Assembly (NCBI GenBank): GCA_023954815.1
Contig: JAGSHB010000012.1
Span: 982 to 64,981, forward strand
Length of the DNA: 64,000 nt
Direction of reading: 5' to 3'
Origin: Myxococcales bacterium
GTDB lineage: Bacteria; Myxococcota_A; UBA9042
Every line of letters starts with the position of its first letter. Positions within the stretch are counted from its first letter, which is position 1. The notes beneath the pieces are model-generated. The model had not been told where the DNA came from. It did not search any database and was given only the letters and a program-made list of their open reading frames with translations. Shown here piece by piece: positions 56,893-64,000 of this stretch. Both the position numbers and the translations under genes were made by a program.

Positions 56893-58530
56893 CTAGTCCT
56901 GTCGGCGGCGCCAACGCACCGTGAGGAAGGCGATGGTGGCGAGCAGCAACCCTGCCAGCCCCATCAATGAGAAGCGAAGCCAGTCTGGCAGCAGATCAAA
57001 CGCATTCGGCAGGCGACCCGAGCGCATCACCTCGAGCTCCCGATGCATCTTGAACACCTTGGCCGCGCTGTTTTGCCGCCCCTTGGACAGACGCACAAAG
57101 GTCTCCAGATCGCGCAAACTGCCTTCAAAATCGGTGTTTCGGCGCATCACCGAGCGACAGTAGTAGTAGTCAGGGTCGTTGTGACCGAATGTCTGAAGGG
57201 TCTCCAGGCGCGCCTCGGCTGCCTTCTTGTGGCCGAGATGAAAGTGAGCCATGGCGGTGTACAGGTGGACCCTCGGTTCGCGCGGGAGAACGCTGCGCAA
57301 TGGGTCGAGATAGCGGATCACCGCCCGGAAATCGTCGCGATAATAGCTCGCAGTGCCGACAATGTAGCGAGTCACGACGTCTTTGGGATCACGCCCGAGA
57401 CGCTCGTGGAACGGGTCGAGGAAGTCGTCGTCCAGCACTTCTGGTAGCTGCGTCCAAGCCGTGGCCAGCATACCCATGACGCCGGGGAACTGGAGGTCAC
57501 GCCGGGCGACCTGCTCCCACAGTTCCGCTGCCTCGCGATTGCGGAATCCCGCGTGCAGCGCGCCTGCCTTCACGTTGAGTAGCGGCAAGCTCTCGGGCAG
57601 CTGCTTGAGAGCCTCATTGGCGACCTTCAGGGTCTCGGGCCACCTCGAAAGCGCCTCGTTTCCGGCCAGCGCTCGGGTGATCCAAGCTGGCTCACACTTC
57701 GGGTCCTTTGCCAGCACCGCCGAGGCTGTCGCCTGCGCCAGTGAAACCGCCTTCTGCTGACGCAAGACCTCGGCAACCTCAGCCCAGCGACACGGCGCCT
57801 TATCCTTTTTCAACCCATCACTTGCGGCAGCCTGCGCCGCCTTGGGGTCGAGTCGCGCCAGCGCAATCGCCCAGTCTGGACGGCGTTCTGGCTGTTTTTG
57901 GGCTGTAATTTCCAGATCCGCGATGGCCTTTGCCAGCACCTTCTTACCGCCTTCATCATCACCAGCACGGCGCATCAGGGCGCCCAATCTTGCGCGACGC
58001 CCCGGGCCCAACTCCTTGTCCTTTGCAATCCCAGCGAGCAGGCGCTTGGCCTTGTCCAGCTCTCCGATACCGACGGCATCCCGAACCTGATGCAGCTGGT
58101 CGTCCGTGCGCAGGGCCCGCTTTGATGGCGCCCCGGACTTTCGACGCCGTTCTTTGCCGTCCGACCTCGCCGCCGATCGCCACATGGGCGGCTTTGCTGC
58201 GGAGATGTGCTTGGCGATGAGAGCCAGCTCCGTCTCCTTCCACTCGACCTTTCCGCGGATGACGACGAGCGTCGACGAGCGGGTCACCGCTGGGCCCTTG
58301 GCACTGGTGGGATGGCGCACGAAGAGTTGACGACCGTCCGCCCAGGTCGCCACGATTTCGGCCTTGTTGATGCGGATGGTCTTGGGAGGCGTCACGCCTG
58401 GCGCTTGAAAGAGTTGGGTCGCGAGCGCCTCTTGGCCAGCGGGCAGAATCAGTTTCGCCGTGTCAGCGATCGCCAGCTGAGGAGCGAGGGTGGTGCACAG
58501 CCACAGGGCAACCGCGGGCAGCAGGGCCAT
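56893..58530 (-). CDS. Exported TPR protein with C-terminal membrane anchor
   Basis: Signal peptide ending AIA; many TPR-like helices; terminal LMGLAGLLLATIAFLTV-RWRRRQD. Confidence 0.75.
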   Translation of the reverse strand: MALLPAVALWLCTTLAPQLAIADTAKLILPAGQEALATQLFQAPGVTPPKTIRINKAEIVATWADGRQLFVRHPTSAKGPAVTRSSTLVVIRGKVEWKETELALIAKHISAAKPPMWRSAARSDGKERRRKSGAPSKRALRTDDQLHQVRDAVGIGELDKAKRLLAGIAKDKELGPGRRARLGALMRRAGDDEGGKKVLAKAIADLEITAQKQPERRPDWAIALARLDPKAAQAAASDGLKKDKAPCRWAEVAEVLRQQKAVSLAQATASAVLAKDPKCEPAWITRALAGNEALSRWPETLKVANEALKQLPESLPLLNVKAGALHAGFRNREAAELWEQVARRDLQFPGVMGMLATAWTQLPEVLDDDFLDPFHERLGRDPKDVVTRYIVGTASYYRDDFRAVIRYLDPLRSVLPREPRVHLYTAMAHFHLGHKKAAEARLETLQTFGHNDPDYYYCRSVMRRNTDFEGSLRDLETFVRLSKGRQNSAAKVFKMHRELEVMRSGRLPNAFDLLPDWLRFSLMGLAGLLLATIAFLTVRWRRRQD

Positions 58531-58881
58531 GGAGTTGCGGCGCGGCGCGGACTGCAGCAGCAGAGCTTGATTCACGTGTGGGTCCTGGATTCGCCGTAGC
58601 GAGTATTTACCGACGGCCAGGTGCGGCGCCACAACGACCGGTGTCAGCAGCGTCGCGCGGATCTGGCTCGTGCGCAAGATCGCCCGGAAACTCGGCCGTG
58701 ACGCCGACCGCCCCCTGCTTCAGAGCGTGTCGAGGCCGGACCGAAGCCCTACCAGAACCCCGCCCACCGTCTTGTAAACACAACAAGTCGAGCGTAGCCT
58801 GCGCGCCCTCATTTCAGCCGTCAGGGCCAAGCGCTCTGCGTCATGAGGCAGACCCAACACCCGACCTGCGAGGAGTTCTCC

Positions 58882-60663
58882 ATGGCCAACACCAGCACAA
58901 CCGTAGCCGCCGGCGGCGCGTTCTTGCTCGAGCCAGCCGGCACGCGCCAGATGTTCACCCCCGAGAACTTCGACGAAATTCAGCTGTCGATCGCCGAGCA
59001 GGCTGGTCGTTTCATGGAAAAAGAAGTGATCCCGCAGGAGCGCTACCTCGAGAGCAAGGAAGGCAAAGAAGCTGGCGCGATGGTCGACGTTTTGCGCAAA
59101 TGCTGCGAGCTCGGTTTTGCCCTCGTGGAGGTCCCCGAGAAGTTTGGAGGACTCGGTGCCGACAAGCGCACAGCCCTACTTCTATGCGAGAAGCTCGGCT
59201 CAAACGGCGATTTTTCCGTCACGTACGGCGCCCACTCAGGCATCGGCCTGGCCCCCATCTTGCTGTTCGGAACACCGGCGCAAAAGAAGAAATACGCCGA
59301 GAAGATCGGCAGCGGCGAGATGGTCTCCTGCTACGCGCTATCGGAGCCGGGTTCAGGTTCTGATGCGCTCGCCGCGCGCACAACCGCCGTACTCAATGAG
59401 GCCGGCACTCACTACATCTTCAACGGTACCAAGCAGTGGATCACCAACGCGGCTTGGGCTGACGTCGGCATCGTCTTCGCCAAGGTGGACGGGGACAAAT
59501 TCACCGCTTTCATCGTCGATCGGGAGACGGAAGGCTTCACCACGGGCACCGAAGAGCACAAAATGGGCCTCCGCGGCTCGTCGACCCGACAGTTGATCTT
59601 CAATGATGCGGCGATTCCGGTTGAGAACGTGCTAGGTCAGGTCGGCAAGGGCCATCACGTCGCGTTCAATACGCTCAACCTCGGTCGCTTCAAGCTCGGA
59701 GGCAGCACGGTCGGTGGCGCCAAGCGCGCGCTCGCCGAATCGTTGGCCTACGCGTCGGACCGCAAGCAGTTCCGCACCCGCATTGTCGACTTCGGCACGA
59801 TCCGCGAGATGGTCGCTGACAGCGTGGTGCAGATCTACCTCTGCGAAGCACTCAACTACCGCATCGCCGGTATGATCGACGAGCGCCTCGAAGGCCAGGA
59901 CCACAGCGATCCACAAGTGTTGATGAAGGCTGTCGAGGAGTACGTCATCGAGGCGTCCATCTCGAAAGTGTACTCATCGGAGACGTTGGATCGCGTGCTG
60001 GACCGGTGCCTGCAGTGGCACGGCGGCTACGGTTTCGTCGAGGATTACGCCATCGAGAAGTTCGTCCGTGACGCTCGGGTCAATCGCATCTTCGAGGGCA
60101 CCAACGAGATCAACCGCCTCCTGGTGCCGGGCACCTTGATGAAGCGCGTGATGACGGGCCGGCTCGACGCGGAGCAGGGCATCGGCGAGCTCGAAAAACG
60201 GCTCGCGACAGGCGACATGCCTCAGATGCCGGCGGATGAGGGCTTGGCACGCGCCGAGTTTGCGTTGCAGCGGCTCAAGTGGCTTGCGCTGACGGTCTTC
60301 CAGGCTGCGACCAGCCACTACGGCATCAGCCTCAATGAGCAGCAGGAGGTCCTCGTTGGCCTGTCGAATCTCATCATCGATTGCTACGCCGTGGATTCTG
60401 CGATTGGTCGCGCCAAACAGCAGTCTGGCGGCACCGACGCCGAGGCGGTCTGCAAGATCGCGGCTTTCGAAGCACTCGACCGTGGCGTGGTGGCGTCCTG
60501 GCGCCTGATCGAGTCGATCTTCGACGGCTCCGACGACTTGGAGGCGTGGGCCAATAAGCTCAACCAACTCAGTGCGCACGTGCCGGGTAACCTGATCAAG
60601 CTCAAGCGTCAGGTCGCCAAGGGCACCGTCGACGCGGGCAAGTTCCACCTGTCGAGCTACTAA
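58882..60663 (+). CDS. Acyl-CoA dehydrogenase (long, VLCAD/FadE-like)
   Basis: GGAFLL...FTPE.F, AHSGIG, YALSEPGSGSDA, EEHKMG.RGSST, RIFEGTNEINR; AGGAG RBS. Confidence 0.93.
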   Translation: MANTSTTVAAGGAFLLEPAGTRQMFTPENFDEIQLSIAEQAGRFMEKEVIPQERYLESKEGKEAGAMVDVLRKCCELGFALVEVPEKFGGLGADKRTALLLCEKLGSNGDFSVTYGAHSGIGLAPILLFGTPAQKKKYAEKIGSGEMVSCYALSEPGSGSDALAARTTAVLNEAGTHYIFNGTKQWITNAAWADVGIVFAKVDGDKFTAFIVDRETEGFTTGTEEHKMGLRGSSTRQLIFNDAAIPVENVLGQVGKGHHVAFNTLNLGRFKLGGSTVGGAKRALAESLAYASDRKQFRTRIVDFGTIREMVADSVVQIYLCEALNYRIAGMIDERLEGQDHSDPQVLMKAVEEYVIEASISKVYSSETLDRVLDRCLQWHGGYGFVEDYAIEKFVRDARVNRIFEGTNEINRLLVPGTLMKRVMTGRLDAEQGIGELEKRLATGDMPQMPADEGLARAEFALQRLKWLALTVFQAATSHYGISLNEQQEVLVGLSNLIIDCYAVDSAIGRAKQQSGGTDAEAVCKIAAFEALDRGVVASWRLIESIFDGSDDLEAWANKLNQLSAHVPGNLIKLKRQVAKGTVDAGKFHLSSY

Positions 60664-60675
60664 TCTACGGATTTC

Positions 60676-60718
60676 ACGGTGCGGCGCGTCGAGCAATCGG
60701 CGCGCCGCGCGTGGTTTT
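60676..60718 (+). terminator. Terminator hairpin between the convergent acyl-CoA dehydrogenase and gluQ genes
   Basis: GCGGCGCGTCGA-GCAA-TCGGCGCGCCGC followed by GTGGTTTT. Confidence 0.65.
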
Positions 60719-60750
60719 GAGGCAGGCTTCGGTTGGGTTCGGCTTGGCGT

Positions 60751-61809
60751 TCAGCCGCGCAACAGTTCCGGCACGAAGGTCACGGGCTGTCGCGACCCAG
60801 CAGCGGGGATCCCCTCCCGAGCCGCGTCGACAAGTGCGTCAAGGTCGCCGGTCGCAGGAAGGCCCATGGATTCGGCCAACCACCGCCGCAGCCGCGCAGG
60901 ATCGACGCCATCGGCCGCCAGCTGCTGCACATGAATGGACCGGTTGCGCTTGGCCAACCGCCGGCCGTCGTCTCCCAACACCAGCGGCACATGCGACCAA
61001 GTGGGTATGCCGCCCGACAGCCCGCCATGAGTCAAAATCGCGTCGTACAACGCGATTTGTTGGCCGGTACAGTCGAGCAAATCGTCGCCCCGAATGACCT
61101 CGGTCACCCCCATGGCGAGGTCATCGACCACCACGGCGAACATATAGGCGTAGTGGCCGTCCTTCTTGCGCACCACGAAATCGCCGCTGTCTGAGGGCAA
61201 GTGCACCGCTTGCGGCCCGCAAATTCGGTCCGAGAAGCGGATCGTCTCGCTAGGAACCCGGATTCTCAAGGCGCAACCGAGTCGCCGGCGCTCGAGCCGT
61301 AGGGCCTGGGCCCCCTCCCACCGAATCGCCGCGCCCTCACCAGCGAACCTGCCCCGACACGTGCCTGGATACGCCCTGCCCTTGTCTTCGGCATGGGGTG
61401 CACGGCTCGCCAGCGCAATGTCCTTACGTGTGCAAACGCACGGATACACCAGCCCCGCATCAACCAGCTTGCCCATCACTTCGATGTAGAGCTCGCTCCG
61501 CGCGCTCTGCAGCACCACGGCGGGTCGCCCACCAGCGGCCGGCAGGAGCTCGCCTGGGTCCATGCTGCCCAACGTGCCTTCGTCTGGTTCATCCCAGTCG
61601 AGTCCCAGCCACAACAGGTCGGACAACATCGAGGCGAGGTGAGCAGGTGCCCCGGGAAGTAGATCTTCAATACGCAGCAAAACGCGCCCGCCAGCCGCTC
61701 GCACCGACAGCCACGCCCACAGCAGACTCCGCGCATTGCCAACGTGCAATACACCGGTCGGGCTTGGCGCGAGACGACCGACGACCGTCCCCGCTACGGC
61801 GTCCATCAT
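60751..61809 (-). CDS. gluQ: Glutamyl-Q tRNA(Asp) synthetase
   Basis: GRLAPSPTG.LHVGN, RIED, YPCVCTR, YPGTCR, VVVDD, IRGDDLL, RLAKR; no anticodon-binding domain. Confidence 0.9.
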   Translation of the reverse strand: MMDAVAGTVVGRLAPSPTGVLHVGNARSLLWAWLSVRAAGGRVLLRIEDLLPGAPAHLASMLSDLLWLGLDWDEPDEGTLGSMDPGELLPAAGGRPAVVLQSARSELYIEVMGKLVDAGLVYPCVCTRKDIALASRAPHAEDKGRAYPGTCRGRFAGEGAAIRWEGAQALRLERRRLGCALRIRVPSETIRFSDRICGPQAVHLPSDSGDFVVRKKDGHYAYMFAVVVDDLAMGVTEVIRGDDLLDCTGQQIALYDAILTHGGLSGGIPTWSHVPLVLGDDGRRLAKRNRSIHVQQLAADGVDPARLRRWLAESMGLPATGDLDALVDAAREGIPAAGSRQPVTFVPELLRG

Positions 61810-64000
61810 CAACGGCACTCTTGTTTGCGGTCCGATGTCGCCTTATTGCACTTGAAGAAGCCAACTGAGCACTTGTCGAGCCAGCTCGCTGTCCCGCCGC
61901 AGCTAGGCGGAGCTCCGGACCAGCCCTCGTTAGTGGTGAAGCACAAGTTCTTGCACTGACCCGTCGCCCCCCAGCGTTTGTCGGCCTTGGTGTCGCAGTT
62001 GTAGTCGTAGCTATTGTCTCCGCGATGAACCGAGAAGTAGGTGGTCTGGCCGGGGAAGGCCTTCTTGTTCTTGTCGTAGCAATCGCCACCCTTTGTCGCG
62101 GTCAACAGGTCCTTTTGGGCACACAAGCAGACCGCTTTGCCAACGCCCCAGCCGTCCTTGTCCTCGTCTTTGTAGTACGACTTGCAGCCCTGGGCATTGG
62201 CTTCGTCTTTGGTGCCGTCGCAGTTGTTGTCTTCGCCGTCACAGACCTCCTTGGCGCCGGGAAAAATCGCCTTGTTGTTGGGCTTGCAGTCGACTTTGGC
62301 GATGGATTTGACGCTCCACACCCCGTCCGGCTTGCACAAGCAACGTGACTTCCCGGCGACCGCGAACCCGTCCTTGTCCGTGTCTTCGTAGTACTTCTCA
62401 CACCCGGTCGCTCCCTCCGGGTCCTTGTTCTTGTCGCAGTTGTTGTCTTGGCCGTCGCAGACCTCTTTAGCCCCTTTGTGCACGGTCTTGTCGAGCGGCG
62501 CGCAGTCAGTGCTATCCGGATCGCCGTCGCCGTCGTCGTCGTCGTCGCAGGCATCGCCCTTCTTGTCACCGTCGGTGTCGGTCTGCTTGTTGTTCTTGGC
62601 GAGCGGGCAGTTGTCGGTCGAATCCATGATCTCGTCGTTGTCGTCATCGGGATCACAGAGGTTGCCCTTGCCGTCTTTGTCGGTGTCGGTCTGATCTTTG
62701 CCAGCCTTCAATGGGCAGTTGTCCTTCGTGTCAGCGATACCGTCGTCATCGTCGTCTGGATCACAGTCGTCGCCCTTGCCGTCTTTGTCGTAGTCCGCCT
62801 GTCCGGGGTTGGCGATCAGCGGGCAGTTGTCCTTTCCGTCTGGTTTGCCATCGCCGTCGTCATCGTCATCGCAGGCGTCTCCGAGCCCATCTTTGTCGGT
62901 GTTTTCCTGGTTCTTGTTGGCGGTCAGCGTGCAGTTATCAGCCAAGTCCAAGACGCCGTCGCCATCGTCATCTGCGTCACACGCGTCGCCACTTTTGTCT
63001 TTGTCGGTGTCGGTCTGCTTGGGATTAACGACTAGCGGGCAGTTGTCCTTCGTATCTAGGACCTTGTCGCCATCGTCGTCGGTGTCACAGGCGTCGCCGG
63101 CCTTGTCCTTGTCGGTATCGAGCTGGTCTTTGTTGGCCGCGAGCGGGCAGTTGTCCTTCGTATCGATGACCCCGTCGCCGTCGTCGTCGTTGTCGCAAGC
63201 GTTGCCCTTTCCGTCCTTGTCGGAGTCAAGTTGGTCCTTATTGGCCTCAAATCCGCAGTTATCCTGTGCATCAGGGACGCCATCGTTGTCGTCGTCGGGA
63301 TCGCACAAGTCGCCAAACTCATCGCTGTCGTTGTTGCTCTGGTTGGGGTTCACGACCAACGTGCAGGAATCGGCAGCGTCAGGTACGCCATCGCCGTCAT
63401 CGTCATCGTCGCAGGCGTCTCCTAGCCCGTTTTTATCGGTATCTAGCTGATCTTTGTTGGCGGTCAGGGTGCAGTTGTCCGGCCCATCCACGACGCCGTC
63501 ATTGTCGTCATCTGGGTCGATACAGTCGGCCTTGTCGTCCTCGTCTGTGTCGACAAACCCCTCGTCGGTTTTGCTGTCGCAGTCGTTGTCCTTGCCGTCG
63601 CACACCTCTTTGCCGGGCGTCGTTGCATCACAGGTCAACTTGCCACCCGTGCACACTTCCTTGCCGTAGCAAATACCCGCGCCACTTTTCTGTGAGCACT
63701 CAGCCAACGTGACCTCCTCGTCGGTCGCGCCATCACAGTCGTTATCTGTGCCATCGCAAAGTTCAGCGGTCGGCGTGGTTCCGCCGCACGCCGGCAGGCC
63801 GTTGTCGCCACAGGCCCGCGTTCCCGGGCATGCGCCCTGGGCGTTGATGACCTTGCACAGGGTCTCCGCCTTGGCGTGCGTCGCATAGGCCGAGCACAGG
63901 CACTCACCCGCGGTCGGGATGCAGTGCTTGTCATCACAGGTGAAGCCCTTGGGGCAGTCTCCAGCGGCCTCGCACCCACTCCCACAAAAACTGCCGCTGC
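61809..64000 (-). CDS. Large Cys-rich extracellular protein with TSP3 repeats and E.CDG.DN.CD (MopE-like) motifs; 5' end outside the window
   Basis: Frame stays open from 63707 to the window end by manual translation; nine 36-aa TSP3-type units; several EVCDGxDNxCD motifs. Confidence 0.88.
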   Translation of the reverse strand, partial: SGSFCGSGCEAAGDCPKGFTCDDKHCIPTAGECLCSAYATHAKAETLCKVINAQGACPGTRACGDNGLPACGGTTPTAELCDGTDNDCDGATDEEVTLAECSQKSGAGICYGKEVCTGGKLTCDATTPGKEVCDGKDNDCDSKTDEGFVDTDEDDKADCIDPDDDNDGVVDGPDNCTLTANKDQLDTDKNGLGDACDDDDDGDGVPDAADSCTLVVNPNQSNNDSDEFGDLCDPDDDNDGVPDAQDNCGFEANKDQLDSDKDGKGNACDNDDDGDGVIDTKDNCPLAANKDQLDTDKDKAGDACDTDDDGDKVLDTKDNCPLVVNPKQTDTDKDKSGDACDADDDGDGVLDLADNCTLTANKNQENTDKDGLGDACDDDDDGDGKPDGKDNCPLIANPGQADYDKDGKGDDCDPDDDDDGIADTKDNCPLKAGKDQTDTDKDGKGNLCDPDDDNDEIMDSTDNCPLAKNNKQTDTDGDKKGDACDDDDDGDGDPDSTDCAPLDKTVHKGAKEVCDGQDNNCDKNKDPEGATGCEKYYEDTDKDGFAVAGKSRCLCKPDGVWSVKSIAKVDCKPNNKAIFPGAKEVCDGEDNNCDGTKDEANAQGCKSYYKDEDKDGWGVGKAVCLCAQKDLLTATKGGDCYDKNKKAFPGQTTYFSVHRGDNSYDYNCDTKADKRWGATGQCKNLCFTTNEGWSGAPPSCGGTASWLDKCSVGFFKCNKATSDRKQECR

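Noticed and set aside
60751-61809. gltX (glutamyl-tRNA synthetase)
   Set aside because: Too short, no anticodon-binding domain, and has the GluQ-type YPGTCR motif

Overview
High-GC (visually ~60-65%) bacterial chromosomal segment whose gene content (Cys-rich TSP3-repeat surface proteins, OmpA-TSP3, Ser/Thr kinase, SpoIVB-type peptidase plus propeller pair, GAF-AAA+ regulator, pilin-like protein) suggests a Myxococcota-like organism. It holds about 45 CDS, mostly housekeeping and metabolic (rlmD, map, prlC, nrdAB, mcd/ecm, fadIJ, eukaryote-type gltA, ggt, gluQ), plus many secreted proteins and lipoproteins. I saw no tRNA, rRNA, CRISPR array or transposase. The strongest candidates for novelty are: (1) a ~300-nt, densely base-paired leader with pairing ends directly upstream of class Ia nrdAB, behind NrdR-like and DnaA-like boxes, which lacks the cobalamin-riboswitch hallmarks I could recognise; (2) an intact eukaryote-type bifunctional 6-phosphofructo-2-kinase/fructose-2,6-bisphosphatase; (3) an ethylmalonyl-CoA-pathway-like mcd-ecm pair preceded by a non-Ccr MDR reductase; (4) two diverged 170-bp multi-hairpin elements in inverted orientation bracketing a ung pseudogene, a kinase and a hypothetical gene; (5) a helically phased GATC array upstream of an enhancer-binding-type regulator that lacks GAFTGA. 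All family calls come from motif recognition by eye; no searches were run.
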